DNA of 64,000 nucleotides from Neoechinorhynchus agilis (Eukaryota > Animalia > Acanthocephala). Location of the stretch: assembly GCA_051530055.1 (NCBI GenBank), contig CM121341.1, positions 12,936,784 through 13,000,783 on the forward strand, given 5' to 3'. Shown here in pieces: positions 20,780 through 34,097 of the stretch. Position 1 is the first letter of the stretch. Every line of letters begins with the position of its first letter. The notes under the pieces are model-generated. The model was not told the origin of the DNA. It made no database searches and saw only the letters and a list, made by a program, of their open reading frames with translations. A program made the translations under genes and the position numbers.

Positions 20780-23729
20780 TTTTCAACAATAAAGCTAAAA
20801 TTTTGTTATTCCACGCTAATGTTGTTTTTTTTTCAAAATACAGGAATTTAATTAAATCGTCCCCCGGACGCTGACCGCATTTCCTCGTTGGATTGCGAGG
20901 CTTATTCTTTGGATCAGGAAAATCCTCTCGCGTCGCTCCCCTGTTTGTGCTGCAAGTCGTCGTCCGAGTTCGGCACAAAAGCTTCGTGCCGAAGATCTCA
21001 GCGCCCCTTGTGTTTCCACGCCGAAAGGCTGGAAAATGTAATTTTGTTTGAGCTCACTGTTTTTCTCCGCTTTCCTCCTTTCGGCGGCACTCGCTGCTCC
21101 TCCCGTCTCCGCTAAAGCATCTTGCCGGTTGGACAGGGCGAGTGAGTCCACGCATGTTGCGTCCCAAATTAGACTCTTCCCTTCTTTCCAAGGGAAAACG
21201 GTCATACCGTCGGGACGCTTACCATCCTAGCGACAGAGGTGATTGGGCTCCAGGATGGTTGGAACGTGGATCGAGTTCAGAGCTCTGCTAATGATCGCGT
21301 TGATCTCTGCGTGCCTTGGGGAACGACCGCTCGATCTCTTGCAGTAGAGTATATGTCTCCCGAGCACGTCAACTTTTATTCCACGTCGGCACTGGTGTGG
21401 GGCACAGGTTCGAAGTTCTAAACGTAGAGCGACGGCTATTCGAACTGTCTCGTCGTCTAGCAAAGTTCCCAAAGTACCAATTGGCAAAACGTTCAACCAT
21501 GCGCCCGACTCCTTCGAGGAACTGGCCACAAGTCTAGCTTGAGACATCTCGTCCATCTGGCCTTTTAGTTTGTTGTGAGCCGTCAGGATTAAGGGTTTAT
21601 CCCAAGCAGATTGTTCGTGCGGGTTGTTTGGAGCTTGTTGCAGACCGGTCTGCGAGAGCCATGATGTGTCTCCCTGTTTCAATAGTTTGCATGGCTTCGA
21701 CATTCTGTTTAAGAGAATTTCCCCCTGTAATTCCTCCGTCTTGTGCATCGAGGATACGAATGCCGGAAGGGCCAAACCAGCCACACTTCGTAAGCCTAAA
21801 ACTCCGTATTTGACCGGAAGGGCAGCTTGTTGCCAAGCTTCATCAGTGATGGCGCAGTTCGTTACCTTCTCGAGATGCTTTTTCATCAAACCATCTAAGT
21901 CAAGGAGACGTTTGGTGTGTCGGAAGTACGGGGCTGCTCTCATCTTGAACATAAGCTTCGGTATGTATAGGCAGTTTCTCACCAAGAAGAGAGCTTCGTG
22001 TGCATTCAATTCTTGAACGCGGGAGCACAAAAAATCCAGTTTAGGAAGCTCTTCTATCTCGCGATACGCAACTGCCGAGAAGAGTGAAGCTTTGCCGGTT
22101 GATTAATCGGATTCCTGGGGCAACGGATTCGAAGGACTGCATTATATCCGCCACGCGAGAATGTGAAATATTTAGTGCAATAGTTCACACTTCGCGGGGT
22201 TGACACGTAAGCCCAATTCCGCAGCAGAAACAAGCAGGGATTGCAGGTCTTCTAGAACCGTCTTTGGGTCACCGCCCAATGTCGCGTCATCCAAGTACCA
22301 GACGTTCAAACTTGCCTTGAGCTTACGAGATATTCCATGGGTTGTTAAGGAAAATCCTATGGGGCCCAGAGGATCGCCTTGTTGCAGGCCTGTTTCGGAC
22401 CAAATGGTGTGCTCGTTGAAATGTAGAGGTGTCTTAGAACCATACGCCTTCACAAAGTATTCATAGGCTTCAGGTAATTCTCGAGCAATGGTACTTAGCA
22501 AGGCTGTTCGATCGACTGTATTAAAGGCGTTCGAAAAATCGACTTTTAGGACAACCATTGGGGTGGCAGAGGCGTCGATATAGGTACGTGTGGAGTGCAC
22601 TATCGCTTCCGCTCCGCATGGAGTACAGCAGCCCAACTGAAAAGGTCTGAGTTGCCCACCTACCTTTCGCTCAGTCGCTTACACAAAATCTTCCCTGCCA
22701 AACGTCTTAGAGTGCAGCCCACAGCTATCGGACGAATATCTCCGTTTGATTTGGAAAAGGCACAAAGAGATGCCGAGAATAGAAAATTCGTTGCTTCAAG
22801 TGGGAGAGGTCCATTTATGACTTCATCGACCACATTAACGAGTTCGGTTTCGAGCTTCATTTCCATCACTCCCGTTCCGAATCCCAACATATCCTTGATG
22901 TGTTGGGGTCGAAGTCCGTCGGGTCCATGTCCCGACCCACTGGGGAACGAGGATACAGCACATCTAAGTTCCTCCCGCGTGCACCTCGTCGATTGACGCG
23001 ACTTTTCCGGTATCGGGGGCAAAATCGGTGGCAAAGCAGAAGGATGCTTACTTCTCAACGCCTCCAGTGTCGAGCGGTCGTTGTCCGCAAACGTAGCTGT
23101 GGAACTGAGTAACCTGACCGCTGCACGGACATCTGCGTCTGCCAATTTGGCAGAAATCCTATTACTCAAATTGTAAGGACGGCCGAAGGGTCTTTCTGGA
23201 CGTTTCTTGGTAATAGTTTGATTATTGTAACTTTTCGTCACAGCCTCCTCAAAAAGTCAATCAAAATTGGTTATCCGCTGCTTGATGGTGGTCGTGTGGC
23301 TGGACTCGGGGTCACGGCTAGTACTCAGAACCAATTTTGGAAAGGCGAATAAACGTGAATAGTTTGTATTCGTCGGATAAGATAGGCAGTTTGCCAGCAG
23401 CTTCGAGAACATTTCACAGCAGCTATTCCTGGGTCCTTTTGGAATCCTCTTCAAGACCGTGTTTGGAAGATATTGTAAGAGGCGCTTCATCACATTTTGA
23501 GTTTCGTGACTGTCGATGATAAAAGGTTTGTCCAACACTGGTGGAAGGGAAGATCCAGGGCACCGAGATCGTACCGGGCCATGTTTTCGAATGAGCCCAC
23601 TTATCGTCACGCCTATGACGCGATCGCATACAGTACAGCGAATCGAAATCGAAGGCGAAGTGGGCTTAGCCCGACACGCTGGAACAACTTCCCAACGCAT
23701 TGAAAGACCTTCGATATTTGTAATCGAGC
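20780..23729 (-). mobile_element. CRE-clade non-LTR retrotransposon, near full length, inactivated (CRE-1)
   Basis: CCHC finger; GSGHGPDGLRPQH; RPIAVG; GLQQGDPLGP; WYLDD; RLE with RHAEIN, RPDG and WDAT. Several stops/frameshifts. Possible TSD TTTGTA (20774-20779 / 23730-23735). Confidence 0.92.
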
Positions 23730-24149
23730 TTTGTAATCTATAAAAGAGAAGTGGACGATTGAGGAGTTAATAAAGTTCAATTAATCTTTTAAAGTCTGGC
23801 TAGCCGGTTTCTTTTATTCAGTGTTAACGTGAGGCCTTTTTCCACGGCTGATAATTTTATTGCTTAATTTAAAGAAAAAACAGGAATAATGGTGGAGAAA
23901 AGAAGTTCTGAAACCAACGCAAAAACAATGTCGCAGTGATTATTTTTTCGCACTTGCTTGAATTTTATATTTCTTGTCATATCTTCTGGCCGAACTACCC
24001 ATGGTTCCGGGTGTTTTATGCGCTTCCTTCGGTATTTGTGACTGGTTGCTGTTTTGTAAATTCCTGACGGAAAAATTGTTGTCCATAAAATTAAATGTAC
24101 GTGTGTTCAAGATGCAATTTTAATTGTCAAAATTTCATGGATTTGTAAA

Positions 24150-25085
24150 ATTTCGCACTTAGAGACAATGAAGATTATACTCAAAAAATCAGAAAACTAT
24201 CAATAAAACCATCGTATGTTAAATATGCACTCTTTTTGCGTCTTTGAGATTTTTCATTGTTCTAAAGTGCAACCACATTCCGCGGAAACAAAAAAATTAT
24301 AACTTTTAGCAAAAATACAACAAAGACTCAGCCTTATTTTTACGAAATTTTTTATAAAAATCGATAAAACTTCCAAGCAGATTGTTGTATATCTCGAATA
24401 CATAACTATCAAAAGGCAGAAATGTTCAATAATTCATTGATATTTCTTATCTCAAACGTGATATTTCATATGTATTTTACTACTAATTTGTAAAATTTCT
24501 TGCTTATATTTTCGCTTGTTGAAGAACGTTTTCTTAATGCTGCATTGAACCTCGTCGTGATTGGAACTATTGTTTATGTTTACACCCAGTAAATGATTGT
24601 TTATTAAAGACGTATCGAACCTCGTGGGGTTCAAGTTATAGACGACAGTGTGTAGACCTAAACAATGATTCCAACCACATTCCCCGCTACCTCACATGTC
24701 GGCATTTCAAATCGTTTTGATAAGGGCGAACAAGTAAATAAATGGAACTATCACAAAATTTTTTGGGCGACTGTTGAGGTGAGGTTTGCTCGCGAAATAT
24801 TTCACAACAACAAAAGATTCTTTAACCGGGATTATGCTCATACCCCTCCAATGTTTACCATCCCGAAGGATCTTCTTGATGTGATTAAAAGCAATCCAAA
24901 TTTATTTAATACTGCATCATTTACGCGGGACTTCTTCAAAATTGAGGAAGAAATATTAAAATTGAATTACTTTTCGTTCGGAACTATCGGAGGTGAAATA
25001 TCGAAAATAAATCATAAATGAATTTAAATCCGGGGTATAAAAGCTACCAAAAGTATCTTTTCCCCCGAAGACAATTCCCCAAGAC
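24150..25085 (+). repeat. About 0.9-kb dispersed non-coding repeat (family R), copy 1
   Basis: Reverse-complement matches at about 26220-26780 and at 39640-39838 + 41341-42290. Confidence 0.7.
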
Positions 25086-25204
25086 ATAATAATAACATTT
25101 TTTATTTGTTAATGCAGAAAGAAGAGGACCCATGTATCTTTGCGTCCTCATAAACACACGGGTAATATCCGGTCGGGTTGGAAGTTTCGTTCTAGTTTCA
25201 ATTA

Positions 25205-25610
25205 ACCGTTATTGTTTGCAGGAGCGCTTGTAAGGGCAAATGCCTTCTCTGGGACGCCACGTGTGTGGACATTCTCGCAGCCAGCAACATCCCCTGCTCC
25301 CTCGAAAGTGCAGCGGAAGGGAGGAAAATACGGAAATATATTCAGTTATCGAGGGCTCACTATTTTGTCCCCTTTGGGGTAGAGATGTATGGAACGCTCG
25401 GCAGCTCGGCACTCTCTCTGCTCCAGGATCTCTCGAAGAAATTGAGAGAGGCAACCAGAGACTCAAGAGCAGGCGTATTCCTTCGACAAAATATCTCGCT
25501 GGCAGTACAACGGGACAATGCGGCCAGCGTGATGGCGACGGTCGAGGAAGGGCAAAAGCTGGAATTTGGCGAGAGGTGGTGAGTGTGCTTCAAACAGATT
25601 GTTTGAATTG
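25205..25610 (+). mobile_element. CRE-clade 3'-end fragment (5'-truncated)
   Basis: GKCLLWDATCVDILAASNIP...HYFVPFGVEMYG...QNISLAVQRDNAASV. Confidence 0.88.
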
Positions 25611-25619
25611 TTAAAAATT

Positions 25620-26215
25620 AAATTTGCCATGTAGTAAAAAAGATTAGAAGAAAAATTGCAAAAGGTTGGATATGCGTAGGTGAGCGTTGGTACGATCGCG
25701 GAAATATAGAAGTACCTAAGGTCTTTGGATGATATTCCAAGGAATCGGAGGTGTTTAAGAAGATAGAGCTTAATGGAACCTTTGGATGTGCTTGTCCCAC
25801 ATTAGATTTTCTTGGAAATGAAGACCAAGCATACGAACAGAGGAGACATGATTGATAGGAAAAGGAAGAAGCGGCAGATCGGAAGGGCTATTTGAGATGG
25901 AGGGGACGATTTCGAAGTACTTGGTTAAGTCAAGAATAAGACATTTAGAGAAGCAAAATGCTTGAATGTGAGAAATGTCGTTTGAAGCAATTTAGAGTGA
26001 GACGGCAGCCGGTGCATGCGTAAATATTGTTAGATCATCAGCATACAAGAAGTATTTAGAATAAGAAGAGGATGGAATAAGATCGTTCAAGAAAATGTTT
26101 AAAAGAATCGGGGAGAAAACAGCCCCTTTGGGAACTCCCTTGTTGATTGCTAAGGTGTTAGAGGCCATGCCCCCTATTTCGATAAATTGTAATCTATTAC
26201 TTATATCAAGAAGAT
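25620..26215 (-). mobile_element. LINE RT fragment (CR1/L2-like), degenerate
   Basis: KGVPKGAVFSPILLNIFLNDL, FLYADDLTI, and downstream LYLLKHLRFLGISSKDL...IVPTLTYAYP. Confidence 0.8.
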
Positions 26216-27043
26216 CCTTCGGATTGGTAAACTTTGGAGGGTGTTGAATATAATCCAGGTTAATGATTCTTTCATTGTTATGAAATATTTCGCGAGGAAA
26301 CCCCAAGTTATCAGTCATCTAAAAAGTTTTGTGAAAGTTCTATTTATTTGCTTGCTCGCCCTTATCAAAACAATTTGAAATGCCGATATGTGAGGTACTG
26401 AGTGGGGTAACTGATTAGATTTCTTGTTTTAGTCTCCGCTCCGTAGAGAAGGCTTTATCAAAAACAATCCGAACATCAGCTCGTTTGTAAGTAATCACTA
26501 CGAGGTTCATTGCAGCTTTTGAAAACGCTATTTACCAAGCGAAAACCTAAACAAGAAATCAATACGTTTCAGATAAAAAAATATCAATGAATTATTGAGC
26601 ATTTCTGCCTTTTGATAGTTATGTATTCGAGATAAACAACAATCTTCATGCGAGTTCTATCGATTTTTATCAAATTTTTCGTAAAAATATAGCTGAATCT
26701 TTGTTGTATTTTTGCTAGTCGTAATTATTTTTTTGTTTCCGCGGAAAGTGATTGCGCTTTAGAACGATGAAAAATCTCAGACGCAATAGTGCTTGTTAAA
26801 CATACGATGATTTTATTGTCTCGAATTGTTAAATTTTTTTTATTGATTCCCATATTTCGGCACCACTTTAACAACGCGATAAAACACTTTGGCAAACTTG
26901 ATAAAGGCACAAAATTGTGCATTTTCAACCATATGAAAGCATGAATAATTCAATTTTTAAACAACTAAAATTGTATATTGAACACACGTACATTTAATTT
27001 TACGGAAAACAATTGTTTCCATGAGAAATGTACAAAACAGCAA

Positions 27044-27755
27044 CTAGTCACCAATACACTTGGCGATCTGTTCAAGTAGATCATCAGTGGTTATTTGACC
27101 GAGCTCAAAGATTTTGACAAGCTGCTCAACATTATCACACGCTTGTTTGAATTGATCGTTTTGGCAAAATCGATTATACACATAGACCTGTAGTTCTTTA
27201 TCTTTCCTGAACGTTTCTTCCAACTGGAAACACGTGCCAACGTTTAATTTAGACTTCATGTCGTTGCGCCACCATTGGAGTGCAGACCCAACAACAATCG
27301 TTCCTTCCAAACTTCTCCTGGTATTCCACATATTGATCGCGAACTGAGGGTCAAGTCTTCCTCGTTTCGCACGCGGCCGACCAATAAAATCATCCTCAAA
27401 ACGATGGAACATGTGAATTATATGTGGAGGAATTTTATCGGCTTCTTGAATCTCCATCTTTTCGTAGGTCTCCTCAAATGCATCGACAACGCCTTCAGCT
27501 GGCAGAAAGGCCAATCCACATAATCGCAATAGATACTTTTTTGTAACATCATCATTTCGTTGGTCTACGTATCCACGAATTACTTCACTCAGGTCTTGAA
27601 AGCAGTATTCAATTGCGGTATTTGGATAAATCGCACTCACGGCCTTTCTACATTCCTCGTCGTAGTTGATAATAGCGAATTTTGGACCAGCAGTGGCCAC
27701 GAAAGGCTATTTTCGGCCGATACTTTAAGGATTTGAACAAAAGTACTTCGTCCAT
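27044..27755 (-). pseudogene. Deletion derivative of the FLYWCH-MULE ORF
   Basis: The junction ttggacca|gcagtggcc removes 593 bp relative to the 42508-43812 copy and shifts the frame. Confidence 0.85.
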
Positions 27756-29309
27756 CTCGGTTATTGCACAAATGATCTGAAAAGTCGAAATATTACATTC
27801 CACTTAAAGGAATAGGAAACGCAATCGCGCAACCGTAATAGCAGCGGTACACATCGCTTATTCCACAAACGTAGCCAGTATTCGTTCGCAAAAGAACAAA
27901 TATCGCGACGATCTACACATAAACGCGTGCATGAATGAAACCACAAAATACGAACACACACAACGAACGATACGCACACACTTCGTGATCGGTAAACGCG
28001 TCGCATGTATCGCAGGAGTAATGTTATGCAATAACGCATTGGTTGAGGAGTTTGGATGAAACATAATTCAAAAAATTGTTTGCGTTTATCCGTAGCGTGA
28101 TCATCAAAAAAACATTTTTACGTTTTAAATGCCATTTAACTGATGTCTACAAAAAGTATTCGTTTGCCTTACACTAAACAATTAACAATGAAGAACTTTG
28201 CAATATTATAGACGCCTCAATTGAGTTATCGTTACGAGGACGGTTCCATCAATGCATACCGTCTACACGTGAATACAAAGTCTCGGATTTCAAGAATTGA
28301 TAAACACCAATAGTGTGCTCGTCCTTTCCAATAAAACCGGGACTCATTGAAACACGCGCGCATACTGTAAAGTTTCGAGTATTCATTACGTAGTGTGCAT
28401 GCGCCATCTCCAATACTTATCGGTATCATTCTATCCGTGTTGTGTTCGTAGTTCCGAAGAGCGAACTGTCAGCGCAAACACTGCTTTACTTCTAAGAGAG
28501 CAATAGGAGCGCATTTTTGTATTCGCACGTCTATTTACCGTCATGTAAATATGAACGCAACGCATACGAAGTTTCGTGTGTGTAGTACGCTTTTGTGTTT
28601 ACATCGAAGCAGTTGCGTGTCTTACATGTGACCGTCACAATGCCGAATAATTGACTCGTTGCAACATAGACGCATGTAAAGTCGGTTGTTTCGTCGTCGT
28701 CGTTTGTATGACATTTGCACCAAGTCACGATGAAACCTCACACGCAACGCGTCCAGTTGCGTGGGAAAGCCGGAACGATAGTTGCGCAATTTTGAATGGT
28801 GACACATTCGGGTTTTGCCATGTGACTATTTAAGTACCAATTTTTTAATAAAATCATTTCAATGGATATGCGATCTATGTTATAGAGAATCCTTTTAATT
28901 TGTCGATTTTAGTGTGCACATTGAATAGAAAATTACCCGCATTATTATGCTTAATTGCGATCATATCTCGTCCACTCGATTAATAAAACTCCTTAGTGAG
29001 TATGAAAATCGAAAAATATTTGTTGAATTCAAATAATGCGTTCAAAACGTGCAAAGAATATTCAGAATTTAGCTGTCGGACCAAGCGCCGCAGTTTTTTA
29101 ACGAGGTTATATAATGGTGGGTCGCAACAACACCAAGTCCCACGGGAATGCTGGATACATCCCCGAAGCAATGGAGCATAAAAATGTTCTTCTGTTCCCA
29201 TTTGAACATTGGGCGTTCGATAGACGTATTTCTTAATTTATCTTCAAGGCAAAAAATGCTGGATATTTCTTATTATATCAAAATACTTTATAGACGATAA
29301 TGCGGATTA

Positions 29310-29695
29310 TGAACCAAATTTGATCTATTCTAGTTTATTTAGTGCAGACGTTGTGAGTTGGCGAGCAAAATATTTTTCGTGCAAGCGTTCACTTTCTGCG
29401 ATGACTTTTAACGTCTTTCTTGTGCATTTATAGATTTCGTCGAATTCTATATTTTGTTTTGATGTTTGACTTCTAATCACGGTTCACACACACTTAATGA
29501 TCACATTCGTGCTTATTATCGGTCTAAAATGTTCACACTCTCATTTATCTAAGTTTCATCGTGATATCTGGGCCATTTTGTGATTTGTTAGGTGATAAAC
29601 TCGTGCTCGTTGACTGATAACTGAGGTGCATTTCCAAAGGTGACCGGCAAGCATCCACCCATTCGCTTCTGTCAACTTTTATGTATCCAATTGAA
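29310..29695 (-). pseudogene. Orphan duplicate of the last exon and 3' flank of CNNM paralog B
   Basis: Near-identical to 47885-48262. Confidence 0.8.
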
Positions 29696-29880
29696 CTCCG
29701 TGGAGTAAAAATTAAAAGAATTTATTAATTCCGATATTTCGGCACAATATTGTGCCTTAAAAGATTTTAACTTATACGTCATAAACAAGCAAAAATGTCA
29801 TATATCATTGTCCTCGGGGTGAATTTGATTGTACGTAAACGAATCCTGTCCCCGGTGTTGTCGTTACTCATTTTTTATTT

Positions 29881-29920
29881 GAAAAATATTTCGCAAGGTT
29901 TTCCTTACCTCTTCAGTCTC
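29881..29920 (-). ncRNA. Hammerhead motif in the left Penelope arm
   Basis: GAGA CTGAAGA G GTAAGG AAAA CCTTGC GAA ATAT T TTTC. Confidence 0.6.
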
Positions 29921-30693
29921 TATCTAAAATGGAGCTGACATAAACAACATGCACAGCCCAGATCCGCGGGTTTGCTAATACCCGAAGTGTGGGGGGTTCG
30001 ATTCGCTTCAGAAAGCAGGGATTGGATAGAAGAAAAACAAAGGATCACCAAAGTTCTCAGATCACGGGGCTTCCCGGAATGGGCCATCAAAATCGGTCTC
30101 AAAAAAGCAACACATAGCGGCCATCGCAAGAAGAAGGAAACCACAAACATCTTCTTTAAATACACCGGCTTTCACCACATAGGTGACACGAGAGAATCCA
30201 TTGCGGGTATTCTCAAGAGGAAAGCCAAACAAAAGACCAAATCAGGGATCTACAAAATTCCATGTGCAGAATGCTCAAGTGTCTACATTGGAAAAACCAT
30301 GCAAGGGATCAAGAAACGGATCTCGCAGCATAAACAGGCTTGCAGGACTTTCGACAAATCCTCAGCAATCTCGAACACCAGCAAACAACCCAGCACAAGG
30401 TGGATTTTGAAAAAGCGGCATTCCTAACAAGCGAACCGGATCTGAGAAGAAGTCTGATTCTTAAGGCCATTCACATCCGGTTAAACTCGGACGATGGAAG
30501 GCAACAAATCAAACCATACTCTGGTGCTACCAAAGTTAAATAGCATGACGAACAAATTAGTCGGCAACAATCCGCAAGAGGTGTGTGCGGATCGAACCCC
30601 CCCACACTTCGGGTATTAGCAAACCCGTGGATCTGAGCTGCATCCAGAGATGACCGGCGGTGCATGTTGTTTATGTCAGCTCCATTTTAGATA

Positions 30694-30733
30694 GAGACTG
30701 AAGAGGCAAGCAAAACCTTGCGAAATATTTCTC
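30694..30733 (+). ncRNA. Hammerhead motif in the right Penelope arm
   Basis: GAGA CTGAAGA G GCAAG CAAAAC CTTGC GAA ATAT T TCTC followed by AATAAA; palindromic stem III. Confidence 0.7.
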
Positions 30734-30836
30734 AAATAAAAAAATGAGTAACGACAACACCGGGGACAGGATTCGCCAACGTACAAACAAACAAAAATAT
30801 AATGTGGCGAATTTAGTACTGAGGAAACCTGTATAA

Positions 30837-33745
30837 ACAAGAATCCGCGTTTGGTCCCATGAACAAGCCTTTAATTTCGTACGCGATGGATACGATGCAG
30901 TTAATGACGTCACCACACACCGCTGAAACGACCACCGCCGCGCCGGCTCGCTTTGCTCGCCGGCAAGCAGGTGAGCATTCCCGTCGCTGCGATCTCCAAA
31001 TTGCAAAGGCTCAATGCGGAACCTGCCAAAGGACTTTCGAACCCTTATCGAGCGGACTCGTAAGTTCGCATGGCAAGCGTAACTCTCGTTGCCCAGGTTC
31101 CGGAAAACCCAGTCTTCTTTTGGATCAACAGGCAATCATAAGCAAACCTTTGGACGTCGAATATCTCGATATTCACATTGACCGACTAGCCCATGACGCC
31201 AATATCGAGTTCAACGCAGCTCTGGATTCCCAGCAGCAGGCTCCATACGTTCCCACATCATGCTGTTCGGTTTGCAAAGGTATTTATCCGTTGACGAAAA
31301 TGGGCGTCCTGAGAGTACATGGGCCCAAAGACTCCCGTTGCACAGGGTCTTCTTTAACCCCACATTCTTACCAATCGTCCCCTCGTAGCCAAAACACCGA
31401 CTTTGATTTTATTCACAAAATGCTACTTCAGAATATCTTAAAGCGAAAGTTGCGTTTAAATACTCTGCTCTTCTGAATGGTTGCGTTGACAGCCTAGAGG
31501 ACATGAATTGGTTGAAGCTATACGCCTGCCCTCGCCTGGTTTTGAACACCCAAGGGTTGAATCCGGGGAACTCAACCGATTCTTTAAAAAAGAAAGTCCT
31601 GGAATTTGAGAGTGATTTCGAAAGGCTTTTTGTCTCATCCTCTCCTAAACCCACTATGACTTCTAAGAGTTTCCACAAAATCCGCCCTTTAAACGAGCGC
31701 GTTTCGACAAAATTATCTGATGGAGACATCCGCGGAGCTGTTCGACTTTTAGCCTCAGCCGAAGATTTCGCCCCCAACCATGAAGCCACGTATCAGGCTC
31801 TTTTAAATAAGCACCCCAATTTTAGTGGAGCGACGGTGCTTAACTTTCCACAAGTAGCGCCGGACCCAACTTCTATCAATGAATTTAAAAGGGCTATTTC
31901 CTCCTTCGCCAACGGTTCAGGACACGGACCTGACGGTTTGCGCCCTCAACACCTAAAGGATATGTTATCCTTCTCGACCTGTGCTGCGGGTAAACTCCTG
32001 GAATCTGCTCTGGTCAGAGTGATTAACTTTTTCATCCGGGGTTCTCTTAGCGAATTCGCAATCCGGCTTTTCTTATCGGCTTCTCTTTGTGCGCTTTCGA
32101 AAAAAAGATGGCGAGATTCGTCCCATCGCCATCGGCTGCACTCTTCGGAGACTTGCAGCTAAAATAATATGTAAGAGTTGCGCTAAAATTGAGTGGGGTG
32201 TTGAGGCCTTTCCCGCTGGGATGCTGCATACCTTGTGGTGCCGAAGCCATTACTCACGCTCTTGGCGACCATGGTGAAGTGGCAAAGGCTCCTTTGGTCG
32301 TCTTAAAGTTAGAGTTTAAAAGCGCCTTCAACTCCTTCCGCAGAAAGAAAGAAAACTTGGGCCTCGAACTGAATTTCGAAAAATTCGAAATCCTTTTTCA
32401 GGGATTCGATGACAGTTAACGTTCGATGATCATCGCAGATTTTTGGCAAGTTACTCCAGAGGTGCGCGAAGTTACAAAATACGAATTTAATCTCCTCGGA
32501 AGCCCCATTTTCGCCGAAAATGTCTCAAAGGACCTCGAGGCCCACATACCGAAGCTTGGATTATTATGTACAAGAGCATGTGAACTGTCGGCGCACGAAG
32601 CCCTCTATCCCAAATTGATGTATAAGTTGAGAGCTGTTCCGTGTTTCGGGGAGAAAAGAGTTTTATCGGATCTTGACGGGGTTTTGCGCTCTTTTTTAAA
32701 GAAAATTTTAAATATAAACATTACGGGTACGGGCTGGCGGTAGGCTACGTTCCCAACCTCTTTTGGCGGCCTCGGCATCCGCGCAGTGTCTGATTTAGCC
32801 CTTCCAGCGTTCCTCGCCTCTTATCGAGCCAGCAAAACGTACGCGGAAGCCCTTTCCAACATGAGACAAAACTCGCAACATTATTTGATCGGTTTATCGA
32901 TCTGTTAATCTCGGACAGAGATCCCGCACTTTCCGGAAAATGACCACAAGCAGTCGACCTGGGACCTTCCCCTCATAAAGAAGATTCACAAATCCTTTAC
33001 CGATCTTCTCGACGAGGTTTCCCAAGTTCGTCTTGCGGCGTGCTCTACAAAGGAATCGGGAGCCTGGCTAAATGCTCTCCCCGCCCCGACAATCGGAACT
33101 CTTCTAGAGGATTCTACGTTAAGAGTCGCAGTTTCTTTAAGATTGGGCCAGTGTCGCTGCGGCTCTATAGTTGACGCTAATGGCAGACACGGCCTCTGTT
33201 GTAAAATGTTCAGAGGGAGGTTTTCAACACACGCAGAGTCGAACTCAATTTTGAGTAGAGCCCTAGTTTCCGTTCACGTGCCCAATATTCTAGAGCCGAG
33301 TAAATTATGCCGCCTAGACAGCAAGCGACCTGACGGTGTCACGGTTTTTCCATGGCGGGAGGGAAAACTGCTTTTATGGGATGCGACTTGTGTGGACACG
33401 CTTGCCCCCAGTAATTTTTCCTTTTCAAAAAAGAGCCCTGGAGGTTCAGCGGTCGTAGTTGAGGAACGAAAGCGTTCAAAATATAGAGAGCTATTAAGGA
33501 GTTACCATTTCGTCCCTTTTGCCGTGGAAACGTATGGAGCCTTGGGACCATCAGCGCTCACTCTCCTCGACGATTTGGAACGAAGGACGAAAAGGATGAC
33601 GGGGGAACCGCGTTCAAGAAATTTTCTCGCTCAATGAATCGCACTTGCGATACAGCGAGGGAACGCTGCCAGTATACTGGCGACGTCGGGATGTTTACAG
33701 GAATGAAAAACGAAATAGTAAAACGGAAAATGTATTTTTTTTTAA
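30837..33745 (+). mobile_element. CRE-clade non-LTR retrotransposon with an internal RT deletion (CRE-2)
   Basis: Two CCHC fingers, GSGHGPDGLRPQH, RPIAIG, and RLE CRCGSIVDANGRHGLCC...RPDG...WDAT. The QGDPLGP and YLDD motifs are missing at about 32345. Confidence 0.92.
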
Positions 33746-34097
33746 AATTTGAAATTGATTCATTGTTTTGTAATCTATAAAAGAGAAATGGGCGATTAAG
33801 GAGTTAATAAAGTTCAATTAATCTTTTTAAGTCTGGCTAGCCGGTTTCTTTTATTCTGTGTTCAAGTGAGACCTTTTTTCACGGCTGATAATTTTATTGC
33901 TTGGTCACACAGCCCACCGATAAAGTTCAAGGAAGCGCATAAAATCACTTGATCCCCTGAACCATGTTAAGTTCAGCTAAACTTAAAGAAAAAACAGGAA
34001 TAATGGCGGGGAAAAGAAGTTTATTGAAACCAACGCGACCACTCTTAGATACTCGAGAGCGCTTTATTGTATATTCTCTAACATTTCCCAGTCGATG

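Larger units (their letters stand above)
26590..29695. repeat. Segmental duplication copy 1 (of about 41995-48262)
   Basis: Near-identical to 41995-45350 and 47885-48262. It lacks 43154-43746 and the RTE insertion. Confidence 0.88.
29824..30792 (+). mobile_element. 5'-truncated Penelope-like element with inverted pseudo-LTR arms
   Basis: SGIYKIPCAECSSVYIGKT...RISQHK (GIY-YIG) with a frameshift. Inverted arms at 29824-30006 / 30587-30792. TSD-like aacaaRcaaaaat at 29784 and 30786. Confidence 0.88.

Noticed and set aside
20720-20780. Identification of the landing-pad repeat as a spliced-leader or U snRNA gene
   Set aside because: Only an Sm-like 9-mer is present. I found no recognisable leader/donor arrangement or U1/U2/U4/U5 signature, and the 9-mer is expected by chance in AT-rich DNA.
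20368-23729. CRE-1 as a tRNA-targeted insertion
   Set aside because: It lies about 340 bp from the tRNA, and the equivalent site at 30.8-33.7 kb has no tRNA. The shared host repeat explains the position better.
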